Position numbers and translations under genes: made by a program. Positions 18,652 through 30,400 of a stretch of 64,000 bases of DNA are shown here, one piece after another. The notes under the pieces were generated by a model. The model did not search any database, was not told the origin of the DNA, and saw only the letters and a list, made by a program, of their open reading frames with translations. Numbering within the stretch: position 1 is the stretch's first letter; the number at the start of each line of letters is the position of its first letter. The DNA comes from Candidatus Cloacimonadales bacterium (GTDB lineage: Bacteria; Cloacimonadota; Cloacimonadia; Cloacimonadales; JAFGVF01). The stretch spans positions 1,728,001-1,792,000 of the forward strand of contig OY782781.1 in NCBI GenBank assembly GCA_963678315.1, in the 5' to 3' direction.

Positions 18652-20310
18652 TTAATGTTTAATAATAAATTTTGTTGATGAAATTTCTCTATGTTTTCCA
18701 ATTTTGATGTTAGCAATGTAGATTCCCGATGCTATATTAGCTATTTCGAAAGAACCTGTTTTACTTTTGATAGAAGATTTACTAATTACTTTTCCATATA
18801 CTTTTTGACCTTTGAGATTATAGACGGTCAAAATACTATTTTCGACATTCTTGGGTAAGTCACCTACTAGTTCAAACTTGATATTGTTAGCTTTAGTAGG
18901 GTTTGGGTAAATATTTAGTTTTATTTTATTAGCAGGTATTGGCTCTACATCATTGTCTGCGTTAGGAACTGTTGTATCGCTTAATTGGTCAGAACCTGCA
19001 AAAATATAGACCTTACCAGGTGTGTTGTTTCCTCCGTTATCTTCAAATGGAGCTGAGATAGCAATATCATCAAAACCATCATTATTATAATCTCCAACTG
19101 CCATCCTATAACCAAAATGAGCAAATATCTCTAAAGCTTCCAGCTTTATATCACACATACCATTGGCTTGCTCTCTACCTAGCCAGATGCCTGCTACTCC
19201 ATCATCTAGAGCGTATTCTGGATTTGCTCCCACAAAATCAGAGTAACCATCACCGTTAAAATCCCCATGTTTGATATATCTACCTAGATAAGCTCCTGTA
19301 GTAATATGCATATCAGTATAGGGGTTTTCCCTAACTATTGGGATACCTCTAGCTTGATCCAAAGTCTCCCCCATAAACATGAGACCATAAGTTCCATTGT
19401 TATGATTATCCTCTCTTGGATAAATAAAATCTTGATAACCATCTCCATTTACATCACCTACTCCTAAAGAACCTGTAAACCAGTATTGCGATGTTGGGGT
19501 TGCTGTATATTGGCAGATATAATCATACTGAGAAAAGCTCATATCAGCATCGCCCCAATAGACAAATGTGTGAGTATAAGTAAGGCGAGAATTTTCACCA
19601 GGAACTATATAACCGATAGAAATATCATCATAACCATCATTGTTCAGGTCACCTAATGGCTCAATTGTTCCTAATCCTATATAATCATTTTCTGGAATAA
19701 TTGGAATGATACTAAAATCTCCTCCAACTAAAACAGAGATACCGTAAAGATCATCATTCCTATGAATAAGCAAGCCGTTATCGTCATAACCATCTCCATT
19801 TAAATCACCTAAACAAGATGTTATTTTATCTGGGTCCTCATAAATCCCATTATAACCACATGGATAAGATAGTTGATAGTCAGATTGGTAGTCTGGTTCA
19901 GGACCTCCGTAGTAGAAGCGTAAAAGATAATTTGTGCAGGCTGGGATATGTTCTGGGCTTAAACCAAGAGCAGCAAAGTCATCAAAACCATCTCCATTGA
20001 TATCTCCACAGGCATGAAGAGAATTACCTATAGAAGGGGATCCAAAGATTTGATAATCTGGAACAGAGGAAAAACCATCTCCTCCATAATGAATATCAAT
20101 ACATCCGTTGTAAGTTTCTTGATCTCCAAAATGAGAAATCATTAAATCGTCGATACCGTCTGCATTAAAGTCTAGTGAAATAATATCACGACCATATTTA
20201 GATTCCACCCAAGGTCCTTCAAAAGTGTACATGAGCTCTATTTCGTTTTCAGAGTAGAGTAGTCTAAATGATATAAAAATCAGTAAAATTGTTAGAATAA
20301 TTTTCTGCAT
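18652..20310 (-). CDS. Secreted FG-GAP repeat beta-propeller protein with T9SS-type C-terminal sorting domain
   Basis: Signal peptide; ~7 GD(I/L/V/F/Y)NxDGxDD repeats; C-terminal YPNP...YNLKGQKV...ASGIY...K motif. Confidence 0.9.
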   Translation of the reverse strand: MQKIILTILLIFISFRLLYSENEIELMYTFEGPWVESKYGRDIISLDFNADGIDDLMISHFGDQETYNGCIDIHYGGDGFSSVPDYQIFGSPSIGNSLHACGDINGDGFDDFAALGLSPEHIPACTNYLLRFYYGGPEPDYQSDYQLSYPCGYNGIYEDPDKITSCLGDLNGDGYDDNGLLIHRNDDLYGISVLVGGDFSIIPIIPENDYIGLGTIEPLGDLNNDGYDDISIGYIVPGENSRLTYTHTFVYWGDADMSFSQYDYICQYTATPTSQYWFTGSLGVGDVNGDGYQDFIYPREDNHNNGTYGLMFMGETLDQARGIPIVRENPYTDMHITTGAYLGRYIKHGDFNGDGYSDFVGANPEYALDDGVAGIWLGREQANGMCDIKLEALEIFAHFGYRMAVGDYNNDGFDDIAISAPFEDNGGNNTPGKVYIFAGSDQLSDTTVPNADNDVEPIPANKIKLNIYPNPTKANNIKFELVGDLPKNVENSILTVYNLKGQKVYGKVISKSSIKSKTGSFEIANIASGIYIANIKIGKHREISSTKFIIKH

Positions 20311-20722
20311 AGTAACTCCCTATTTCTAAAATAGAATCTGCTACATACTTTGATTCTATATATTATACAATATAATAAACTTAACTGTTAACTAAATATA
20401 ATTTGAAAAGTAATGAGTTAATATGTCAAGTAATTAATAAAAATAAGCATACCCCATTTTTTTTAAGTAAAATTGAGACGTAGTTGCAACTTATCATTAT
20501 ATTCACCTTTATAAGGTACATTTTGTTCAATACATTTTTTATTTATACTAAGTATTTTGGACTAGAAACAAGATGTTACTGCTAGCTATTCAGTGATTTC
20601 TAGTAAGATAGATTTTCTATTACACTTAAACATATAATTTTCTTATCAAGTTTTTTCTTTTTATTGACATCAATCTCGTTATTATATAATTGTTTATAAA
20701 CTAACATTAATAGGAGTTAAAC

Positions 20723-21094
20723 ATGAAAGTTATAGCTACACAAAAAGCACCTGCAGCAGTAGGACCTTACTCACAAGCAGTATTAGCAAACGGTTTTTTA
20801 TTTGTTTCTGGTCAATTAGGTATTAATCCTGAGACTGGTAAATTTGAAGATACATTTGAAGCTCAAGCAGAAAGAGTATTCTCAAACCTAAAAGCGATTC
20901 TTGAAGAAGCAGGTATGGGATTTGAAAATGTTGTTAAAGCTGAAGTATTCTTAAAAGATTTAGCTCAATTCAAAGCTGTAAATGAAATATATGCAAAATA
21001 TTTTACTGCACCATTTCCTGCTAGATATGCTTTCCAAGTTGCTGAACTACCTCTTGGTGGTTTAGTAGAAATTTCAGTAACAGCTACAAAGTAG
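20723..21094 (+). CDS. ridA: RidA family enamine/imine deaminase
   Basis: APAAVGPYSQA, VSGQL, NEIYAKYF, PAR, LPLGGLVEI motifs. Confidence 0.95.
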   Translation: MKVIATQKAPAAVGPYSQAVLANGFLFVSGQLGINPETGKFEDTFEAQAERVFSNLKAILEEAGMGFENVVKAEVFLKDLAQFKAVNEIYAKYFTAPFPARYAFQVAELPLGGLVEISVTATK

Positions 21095-21100
21095 GATAAA

Positions 21101-21646
21101 ATGAGTATTTCCACCAAAGGAGGAGATAAAGGTAAAACTAGTCTCTGGTCAGGTCAAAGAATTTGGAAATCTGATATAAGAGTTGAATCTTATGGAACTG
21201 TTGATGAACTTGATTCTCATATTGGAGAAGCCAAACACTTTGTCAAAATTGAGCACGTTAGGAATATACTTACAGAACTTCAAAACAAGCTGATGCGTGT
21301 TATGGGTGAGCTAGCTTCTGTGGAAAAGAAATTCACTAACCCAATTACTGTAGAAGATTTAGAAAAAGTTACTGACTGCGTTCATGATTTTGAAAGTAAA
21401 GTTCCTTTAAAAGGTTTTGTTGTTCCTGGTAATACAATTCAATCATCTAAGTTAGATATTTGTAGAACTATTGCCAGACGTGCAGAAAGAAGAATCATCC
21501 AGCTTAATCAAGATAATCCAGTAAATCCAAATCTGATAGGTTTTGTAAATAGGCTTTCAGACCTTTTCTTCATAATGGCTAGAGCTGAAGAGCAAAATGA
21601 TGGTGGAATTAGATATAAAGATATAGACACAGAATTAAACTGTTAA
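21101..21646 (+). CDS. PduO-type ATP:cob(I)alamin adenosyltransferase
   Basis: [32 protein letters not shown] motifs. Confidence 0.95.
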   Translation: MSISTKGGDKGKTSLWSGQRIWKSDIRVESYGTVDELDSHIGEAKHFVKIEHVRNILTELQNKLMRVMGELASVEKKFTNPITVEDLEKVTDCVHDFESKVPLKGFVVPGNTIQSSKLDICRTIARRAERRIIQLNQDNPVNPNLIGFVNRLSDLFFIMARAEEQNDGGIRYKDIDTELNC

Positions 21647-21657
21647 AAGGAGAATTA

Positions 21658-22404
21658 ATGTATAAAGTTGTACTTATCAGACACGGAGAATCAGTCTGGA
21701 ACAAAGCAAACAAATTCACAGGATGGACAGATGTTGAACTTTCAGAAAAGGGTAACGATGAAGCTCAAAAAGCGGGTTTACTTCTAAAAGAAGAAGGTTT
21801 TACATTTGACAAAGCTTACACTTCTGTTTTAAAAAGAGCAATAAAAACACTATGGCATGTTTTAGAACAAACTGATTTAATGTGGATTCCAGTTGAAAGA
21901 TGCTGGCAGTTAAATGAACGTCATTATGGTGCTTTACAAGGCTTAAATAAAGCAGAAACAGCTCAAGAGTTCGGCGATGACCAAGTTCTTATCTGGCGAA
22001 GAAGCTATAATATTGCTCCACCTGCTTTAGAAGAATCTGATGATAGATTCCCTGGAAAAGATAAAAGATATGCTTGTCTATCTAAAGAACAACTACCATT
22101 TACAGAGTGCCTAGAAGATACAGTTGCTAGAGTAGTTCCTTTCTGGGAAAATACAATAGTTCCTGATATCAAAGCTGGTAAGAAAATTATTATTGCTGCT
22201 CATGGCAATAGCTTAAGAGCCCTAGTTAAATATTTAGATAACATCTCTGAAGAAGATATTTTAAAACTTAATATTCCTACAGGTGTTCCACTAGTTTATG
22301 AATTAGATGAAAATCTAAAAGCAATCAAAAGCTCTTACTTAGGAGACCAAGAAGCAATAGCAAAAGCTCAAGCTGCTGTTGCTAATCAAGGTAAAGCTAA
22401 ATAA
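21658..22404 (+). CDS. gpmA: 2,3-bisphosphoglycerate-dependent phosphoglycerate mutase
   Basis: [27 protein letters not shown] motifs. Confidence 0.98.
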   Translation: MYKVVLIRHGESVWNKANKFTGWTDVELSEKGNDEAQKAGLLLKEEGFTFDKAYTSVLKRAIKTLWHVLEQTDLMWIPVERCWQLNERHYGALQGLNKAETAQEFGDDQVLIWRRSYNIAPPALEESDDRFPGKDKRYACLSKEQLPFTECLEDTVARVVPFWENTIVPDIKAGKKIIIAAHGNSLRALVKYLDNISEEDILKLNIPTGVPLVYELDENLKAIKSSYLGDQEAIAKAQAAVANQGKAK

Positions 22405-22432
22405 TTATTCATACAATATAAGTAATTTAAAC

Positions 22433-22460
22433 AAAAGACGTACTTAAGTGCGTCTTTTTT
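22433..22460 (+). terminator. Rho-independent terminator
   Basis: AAAAGACGTAC-TTAA-GTGCGTCTTTTTT. Confidence 0.85.
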
Positions 22461-22500
22461 CAGTTCTGCCGAACATTGATATAGATTATATGCCAATATT

Positions 22501-22752
22501 TATGCCGTCCCTTCGGGACTAATACATGTCGCCCTTTCAGGGCTTTTTTTATTTTTTAACTATTACATGGAGGGCAAGCCTCCATGCTTAGTATATGCCA
22601 CCCCTTCGGGGTTTTTATGGATAGCATCTCCTCAATTCTCCACTCCTATTTCCTAACTCCTCACTCCTAACTCCTCACTCCTCACTCCTCACTTCTAACT
22701 CCTAACTTACGCCCCTCCTTGAAAAATCGGCTTTTTTTCAAGGTGGCAAGTA
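22501..22752. repeat. Composite REP-like element with heptamer array, copy A
   Basis: 22526-22625 is the exact reverse complement of 55791-55890; 8 units of CCT(A/C)ACT at 22652-22707 (one imperfect); terminal hairpin CTTGAAAAA...TTTTTCAAG. Confidence 0.9.
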
Positions 22753-22784
22753 AGGGTGTAGAGACCTCGAAAACATATAAAAAA

Positions 22785-22820
22785 AATAACCGATACTCAA
22801 GATTGAAATATCGGTTATTA
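22785..22820 (-). terminator. Putative terminator for the vWA/PKD protein gene
   Basis: AATAACCGATA...TATCGGTTATT hairpin with an A-run on the left (U-run on the minus strand). Confidence 0.7.
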
Positions 22821-22835
22821 ATATTTAGTTCATAT

Positions 22836-25800
22836 TTATTCTAGTGACAAGTATTTGTCAGCTTTAATCAATGTTATCTTTTTCTTGATTCTGCTACTAT
22901 CTGTAGTTTCAGTAGAAGCTTTAATATAAAAGAATTTCATTTCTTCTGTTGCTGGATGTAGCCAAGTAACCCTGTTTCCTGAAGTACTAAATTGGAATCT
23001 ATCATTTGAGACAAGTGTATATTCTCCATCAGGACTATCACAAGCATATATCAAATAGCTTTGAGCATTTTCTACTACATCGAAAGATAGAATTATGTCT
23101 GAATTATTCACTTGCATGTTAACATTCTCTGGTATAGAAAGTTCAATAATTGGCATTTCTACAACATTTAATGTAATAGGTATCAAATAATTCGGTTCAT
23201 CCAAATCATTAGATTCAATACAAACATCAGCTTGATAACTAGCTATTTCTAAGTTGTAACTTCTAAAATCTAATTCTACTGTTTGGTCTAAAGATGGTTG
23301 TAAAATACCGCAGTTTATGTTCGGTCTAACCCAACTGAGAGCATTATTATATACTTTTACATCATCTATGAACCAACCTGGGAAATTATTATTGAAGTTA
23401 TCTTGTGTGTAGAAAGTGAAACGAATTTGAACTGTTTCCCCAACATACTCACTAATATTATAACAAGATTGAATCCAACCTCCTGAGTTACCTGCTGGAG
23501 TACCTGCAGAAACAGAAAGATAGTTTCCTCTAAGTTCTTGCCAGTTATAACCATCATTAGTTATTGCTACAGCACATCTGTCATAATTTGTTTCAGTAAT
23601 ATAGTTTTCCTGGAATTCAAGATATACATTTTCATTGTTAGCTGGAATTTCTATTTCAGGAGTGATTAGTGCATTATGAACAAGCTGTCCATTGTTATAT
23701 GAATATGTATCAGGAACACTGCAGGACCATGCATGGTTATCACTATTGTAAGTCTCATCTTGTAGATGCCATAAATCACTTCCAGCATAGTTAACAGTTT
23801 CCCAGTCTGATATTTCACCTTCCATATCATCAAAGAAAATTGTATATCTAGAATTATCTCTGTTTTCAGAATCTTGCATTAGAGCTTCTTGACTAGTCTT
23901 GTTTATTCTTGGAAGAACATTGCTAGAGTATCTTTTAGAATTTGCTAATACATTGCTTTTTCTTGGTCTATTTGCATTATTATATGTATTTCTATTATTA
24001 ATAACTTTGACATTATATTCTAAGTCTGCATCTCCAATATTCTCGAAAGATATAGAACTAGAATCATTTTGATCAGGATAGAGAGTCATAGTAATTCCTT
24101 CAGATGTAGAGTGAATATCTGGATTACCTTCAACGTCTTCAACTAGGATATAATTATCTTTTGTACAAACATCATAACCATTATCATTTGTAACTTTTAG
24201 TTTTACATTATAGTAACCAGGTTGCTCATAAGAGTGAATAGGATTTTGTTGATAGCTAACACTACCGTCACCAAAGCTCCATTTCCATTGATTACAAGTC
24301 CTAAGTTGATTACTTTCTATGTCTGCTTCATGACTGTTTCTTGTATCATTAGGTTCTGACTGACTAATGCTGTTTACAGGAATAAATTCTTGCATGTAGC
24401 CATTGAAATTACCAATATGCCAATAACCACCTAGCTCAGTAGATGTAAGTGTAACTTCATCAATCAACACATCTGCACGATATATCTTAGCTTGTAAATT
24501 CAAGACTTCTGATATTTCTTGGTCATTTAAAAATGATTGAGCATAGAACATGTAAGTTGTATTCATAAATTGATTTAAAACAATGGTTCTTTCATGAATA
24601 TTCATACTTGATTGATAATATGCGTAAGGTAAAGAGTCATCACTACCCCATAAGCCATCAAATTGATCTACGTAGTACATTTCATTACCAATATTGGCTT
24701 TCATCATTAAACCAATAAATTCATCAGAATCCCAAGAAAGTTTAACTATCAAATCACCTGTTGGAGGCATATCATCGAGATAGAAATTCATGGAGTTTAC
24801 GTTATTTTCATGTATGCTAACATTACTAGAATAATAATCAATATAATCGTCAGCATGAGCAGTCACTGTGTATTTGTTATCGTATGATAAATCAGTAAAA
24901 TGAATATCCAATGGGTTCATACCACTAAACTGATCGGCAGTAAAGTTGGCGTGAATCTCTGATAAAGGGATATCTAATATTTCATAGAAACCTAATGAAT
25001 CTGTTGTAGTTGTTAAATTACCTACAGATACTTGAGCATTAACAATAGGCTGGTTATCTTCAAGAGATTTAACATATCCTTGTAAGATTGTAGTTTCCAT
25101 AACCTGAATTAAAATCGGTTGGTCAGGAGAGCCATAGTGTGATGAAACGTTGAAGTTATCAGTAGCCTTGATATAGTATTCTGTTCCACCCATGTTGTTA
25201 GATGCGATATGTATATTTCCTGTATAAAGATTACCACTAACCAATGTCATCTCTTCTTCTTGGAAAAGGAGTTCACCTTGAGCTCTGTGATAAAGTGATA
25301 CGCTTGTGATATAGTTGGTAGTATCAATTACACTAGCATTCACCGTGACATCAGTGTTTAATCCAGCACTCTGGATTGGGATGTGAGATATTACAGGGGC
25401 TACATTTGGTAATATAGCTATTTGGAAAGGATTTGAGTTTGGCTCAACAGCAGGTAGAGAAGATGTACTTTGACCATCAGTTGCAGTAAAGTAATAGTCT
25501 AGCCCTGGACTTAATACTGCAGTGTAAGGAATTTCAGCTTGCCATATATTCCCACCAATATTAGTTAAGTTTATTGTTGAATAATAGCTTTCAGAACTGT
25601 TTTTATAATATAGTTTAGCACTTTGGGTAAATGGTTCTATGGAGTCTTCTATTAGAGCTTCTATCATAAAAGTACTTTCTTCAGCCCAAGCTTGATTATG
25701 GTAAGCAAGAGTGTTTCCTGTTCTAGTGATATCGGGAGATGTTCCAGGAGTATAAGAAGCAGTAGCAGTGTCAATAGCTCCTAGATAATTTGCTGTTATA

Positions 25801-27185
25801 TCAACTATTCTTTCAAGTCCATTAAAAGCAATATCACTTGATCTATAACGTACGACGTATGTGTTAGATACTTGTGATGAAATGGCAGTTAATATATCAT
25901 CAAATGGAGAATAAATATCCATATATTCACCATTGGTTTGTTCAGAAATATACCCATAATCCTGAATTGAACCGGAATCTGTAGAGATTAATGAAAAAGT
26001 AGTAATTGTGCTATTGTTTAGTATAGTCAGAGCTTCTTGTTGACTATAATGTCCCTGATTGCTATATTGACAGTTTTCATCAGTGATAAGGATAAAGATT
26101 TTTTGTGAACCAGGTCTAAAACTAAATTGTGTTGCAGAATCATAAAGAGCGTCCCATCCTGGCTCAAAGCCTCCACTGGTATGGTTTCTTGTCCATATAC
26201 TGTTCTTGAAATAATCAGTATCAGAAGTAAGAAGTCCATTTTCTTCAATTATAGGATAACCGCTGTTTTCTCCACCGAATCTACATAATCCTAGGGCACA
26301 ATCAACACCTGTAGCGTTCAACTGGTCTATGAAATCACTGACGTTATTTGAAACAGCATTCTGTTCGTCAGACATACTTCCGCTATTGTCCATTAAAAAC
26401 ACAATATCAGCCAATCTAGAAGAACCACCAGAAGCAGGAGGAACCACTTCATAAAAGTCTTCTTGTAAAACACCGTTTTCATATACAGAAAAATCGGAAG
26501 AAGATAGTGATGATATTCCAACTCCTGAACTATCAACAGCTACATTCATATAGATGAATGGGAAGTTTTGTGAGTTAAGACTTGTAATATTCACACTGAG
26601 AGAATCTCTATCTACTCTAGATACAGTTACATCTTCAATAGTCCATCCCTCGAATTCAATAGAATCATCAATTTGGTATTCAAACATTAATCTCATGCTT
26701 GTGTGATTGTTATTTTTAGCATGAACAGTCGTTGTTCTCGTTGATGATTTACCAGAAACTTGGGCAATAGTTTGCCAATTGTCTTTGTTGTCGAATGATA
26801 CTTTAACAAAGCCTTTATCATATTCTGACTCTATCTCAAAAGATTCTATATAGTCTATTTTTAACAAGTCACAATTTGAGATGTCGATCATTGGTGAAAT
26901 AAGCTGGGATTTTAATTGCTTAACTTGAGTGTTTTTGGATGTGCTAAATGAACTAATACTCTTGATATCAGTATCGTCTTGTTGCCAAGAACCATTTGAT
27001 TTCCATCCACTTTTATTTGTAAGATTGTTAATTAAAACTTTGCAATTATCACTTTTGTTGCTATTCTTTATTCCAGATTTGATACTGTGAGCTTGTAATA
27101 ATTGACCTTTCTCTATTGCTAAATCGTTAGCAAAAACACTGAACATTGTAAAAACAAAAACTAATAATACTGTAATAAACTTCAT
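22836..27185 (-). CDS. Large secreted protein with vWA, PKD and MAM-like jelly-roll domains
   Basis: Signal MKFITVLLVFVFTMFSVFA; MIDAS motif DNSGS; PKD motif WSFGDG...NPIHSY; two ETNYD/ESEYD...GWxIDDV domains; ATG 27185 after AGAGG preferred over 27218. Confidence 0.85.
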   Translation of the reverse strand: MKFITVLLVFVFTMFSVFANDLAIEKGQLLQAHSIKSGIKNSNKSDNCKVLINNLTNKSGWKSNGSWQQDDTDIKSISSFSTSKNTQVKQLKSQLISPMIDISNCDLLKIDYIESFEIESEYDKGFVKVSFDNKDNWQTIAQVSGKSSTRTTTVHAKNNNHTSMRLMFEYQIDDSIEFEGWTIEDVTVSRVDRDSLSVNITSLNSQNFPFIYMNVAVDSSGVGISSLSSSDFSVYENGVLQEDFYEVVPPASGGSSRLADIVFLMDNSGSMSDEQNAVSNNVSDFIDQLNATGVDCALGLCRFGGENSGYPIIEENGLLTSDTDYFKNSIWTRNHTSGGFEPGWDALYDSATQFSFRPGSQKIFILITDENCQYSNQGHYSQQEALTILNNSTITTFSLISTDSGSIQDYGYISEQTNGEYMDIYSPFDDILTAISSQVSNTYVVRYRSSDIAFNGLERIVDITANYLGAIDTATASYTPGTSPDITRTGNTLAYHNQAWAEESTFMIEALIEDSIEPFTQSAKLYYKNSSESYYSTINLTNIGGNIWQAEIPYTAVLSPGLDYYFTATDGQSTSSLPAVEPNSNPFQIAILPNVAPVISHIPIQSAGLNTDVTVNASVIDTTNYITSVSLYHRAQGELLFQEEEMTLVSGNLYTGNIHIASNNMGGTEYYIKATDNFNVSSHYGSPDQPILIQVMETTILQGYVKSLEDNQPIVNAQVSVGNLTTTTDSLGFYEILDIPLSEIHANFTADQFSGMNPLDIHFTDLSYDNKYTVTAHADDYIDYYSSNVSIHENNVNSMNFYLDDMPPTGDLIVKLSWDSDEFIGLMMKANIGNEMYYVDQFDGLWGSDDSLPYAYYQSSMNIHERTIVLNQFMNTTYMFYAQSFLNDQEISEVLNLQAKIYRADVLIDEVTLTSTELGGYWHIGNFNGYMQEFIPVNSISQSEPNDTRNSHEADIESNQLRTCNQWKWSFGDGSVSYQQNPIHSYEQPGYYNVKLKVTNDNGYDVCTKDNYILVEDVEGNPDIHSTSEGITMTLYPDQNDSSSISFENIGDADLEYNVKVINNRNTYNNANRPRKSNVLANSKRYSSNVLPRINKTSQEALMQDSENRDNSRYTIFFDDMEGEISDWETVNYAGSDLWHLQDETYNSDNHAWSCSVPDTYSYNNGQLVHNALITPEIEIPANNENVYLEFQENYITETNYDRCAVAITNDGYNWQELRGNYLSVSAGTPAGNSGGWIQSCYNISEYVGETVQIRFTFYTQDNFNNNFPGWFIDDVKVYNNALSWVRPNINCGILQPSLDQTVELDFRSYNLEIASYQADVCIESNDLDEPNYLIPITLNVVEMPIIELSIPENVNMQVNNSDIILSFDVVENAQSYLIYACDSPDGEYTLVSNDRFQFSTSGNRVTWLHPATEEMKFFYIKASTETTDSSRIKKKITLIKADKYLSLE

Positions 27186-27429
27186 TATAACCTCTTTTCT
27201 CCATTTTATCTTTAACATATTTATTTAACAGTAGTTAACCTAACCAGTACCAAACTATTATGTGTTTTTTTCTTAATCTTGTCTAGTGTTTTTTTTACTA
27301 TTATAGAATAGAGTTATAAGAAATAAATAATTGATTATAATCACAATTTAAATTGACATATTAATTAAAGACTTTATAGATATGAGTTGATAGAACTATA
27401 TGTATATTGCAAAGAACAAAGGAATAGCC

Positions 27430-30400
27430 ATGAAAAAGGAAAATTTGAGTAAATTATCAGCATACGTACCAAGGATTATTGAGAAGATTATTAGCGATAA
27501 TAACTTATGTGAGCTTCCAGCTTACTTTGAAAGTTTGCAAAATGCAGGAATTATATTCTTTGATATAAGCGGATTTACCTCTATTACCGAAAGAGTTACA
27601 TCTGAAGGCTACTATGGAGTAGAAGTTATAACAAATATTTTAAACTCATATTTCGATATAATGGTTCCTTTGATTCATAAAAACGGTGGTTCGATAGTTA
27701 AGTTTAGTGGAGATGCTTTTCTAGCTATGTTCCCACTTGAGAAGACAAGATTCTTTACTAGAATGACTGCCTATAAAGAGGAGGTTGCACAATGCTTATC
27801 AGAGTTAAATAAGCAATTCCAGGATCTGTATAATTTTGAGATATCCATACATGGTGGCTATTCTTATGGTCAAGTAAAAGTACAGTTAGTTTCAAATCGA
27901 AAGCAAATATATGATTATATCGTGATAGGAAATGCAGTCTCTGAAGCCTATGAATTATGTAATCAAGCACAGACAGGGGAAATTCTAGGAAATGAAATAG
28001 TAGATGTTGATGTTTTTGAACAGAATAGGCCTAGCTTATTGGAACTTACAGAAGTCAGATCTTCATTAATTGAGTCTTTTATTACAAAAGAAGTTGGATC
28101 AAAGCTTACTGAAGCATTGTTTGAGGCTGAATTACGCTTTTGTTCAATTTTGTTTGTTGGTATAGTTCCTATAAGCAACGAGTTCTTCACAGTTGAACAG
28201 TTGCAAAGATGCTACCAAGCTGTCAGTGATGTTGTAGCTACAACTGGAGGAATGATCAATAAAATTGATTATACTGATAAGGGCTATATGCTAATAATTA
28301 CTTATGGGCAGTTAGTCATCTATGATGATCAAATCATGCGTGCAGTGAAATGTGCACAAGAACTTACCAAGATTGAAGATAAAGATTTTTATTTCAAGAT
28401 TGGATTCACTACAGGGTCAATATATTCTGGAAAGATTGGTTCGAATATTAGGGCTGAATTTGGAATCATTGGTAATGCAATAAACATTTCTGCTCGTTTA
28501 ATGAGTTTGTGCAAAGCAAATGAAGTTACATTCTCACAACAGATTTTATCCTCTATCCGCAAATATACAAGTTATAATTTCATTGGTAAACAGAAACTAA
28601 AAGGTATAAAAGATGATATAGAAGTATATAAATTATCAGTCGGAAAGAATGTAACTAAGAGTTTATACGATAATAGATATAAAGATGTTAAATATGTTGA
28701 AATATATGAACAACTTAACTTCGCTAATATTGATAAAATTAATAAAGTGACAGCTATATATGGTGATTCTGGTATGGGGAAATCTTTATCCATATATAAA
28801 ATCCTTGATAACTTAGATTCTAATGAATTTTTCCTTAGTGAACTATATGAGTTTAACAAATATAAAATCTATGGTTTTATTGAATCCTTGCTATCTTCAA
28901 TAATTGGAATTATATCTATGAGGTTACAGTATGAAGATATATATAAATTTGCTGAGGATAATAATATTGTTATAGATAGAACGCTTCTGCAAAATGTTTT
29001 CTTAAATGAGAATGCAAATCTATCAGAAGCTGAGATGGAGATTGTTGATAATTTCTTTGTTGAAGTAATTTACATCTATATTAGCCAATACAAATTTCTT
29101 CTTATTGATAACTTTGATTATATTGATAGTAAGTCCAAAATCATTGTTGAAAGACTTATTAAAAAACTAACTAACAGCGATATCAAAATAATCTTAACAA
29201 GTCATTCTAAATTGTCATCTGAGATAATTGCAAGCTCACTTATAGAAAATATTGAACTAACTTCTCTTGATGATAATAAATCAGAGTCATATATAAGAAG
29301 TCAAATTCCTAACATATCTGATGGTGCTGTGGCAAGGTTAGCTAAAATAGCAAATGGAAATATTCTTAATCTTACTGAATTATGTAACCAAATATTATCT
29401 GTTAAGCAGGGAAGCTTGCAGATAATTAATAATGATAATTTGAATATGATGTTTAAAGAAGGTAAGGTAGCTAACTCTATTGAAAGTTATTATCTTAGGT
29501 CTTATGATAAGTTAAATGAGGAGATGAAAACTATCTTGAAGATTGCATCGATAATTGGAAGCATGTTTCAATTTGAGTTTGTGCAAAACCTATCTTCCCA
29601 AGTTGTGAATAAACTAGATGAAGACTTGTTAGAACATCTCTGCCAAGGACAATATCTAAGACTTCATTCTAAGAATCCAGAGAGCTTTTATGTATTCAAG
29701 AATCAGCTCTTTCATCAGGCGGTCTATAAAACTATTCCTTTAAATGAAAAGATTAAATATCATAAATCAATAGCCCAATACTTAGAATCAAAATATGAAG
29801 ATTCTTTAAAAGACTATTATGAAATTATAGCACAACATTTCTATTTCTCAAAGAATAAAGATAAAACTGCTAAATATGCCTTATTAGCTGCAGAAAAGAG
29901 CTTAAGTTTATGCTTATATAATCAATGTTATTATTTCTGTAAAATGGTTATATCTTCCAAACAAGATAATGCTGTATTGGCTAAAATAATAGCTATCGAA
30001 GTTCTAACACTTGTAAAAAGAAAAGATTTAGCTAAGCAGTATATTGATGAAATCTCTGATCTTGTGACAGGTGAGTTAATCTGTAGGTATTATTATGCTC
30101 AAGCATTGTACTATTTTAGCAATTCTGATTACTCCAAGGTCCTTTCTTTATCTCTTGATCGAAGTTTTTGTAATGAATTCTATTTTATTCGAACTCAGTT
30201 GTTTGTTCTTGATAGTTATCGTTTTCTAAATAGAAAAGTGGATTTCACACGACTAGTTAAAAATATTGAAAAAGTCTTAACTAAAGATAGTCTTTTGCTT
30301 GTCCAATTAAAAAATATCTATGCACAATACTATATAGATACTTCTCAGTTTGAACTTTCTTTAATAACATACTGTCAAGCAATTGAAGTATCACAGAATA

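Noticed and set aside
20664..20690. TTGACA...TATAAT promoter for ridA
   Set aside because: Spacer is only 15 bp; a promoter is likely here but the exact boxes cannot be fixed in such AT-rich DNA
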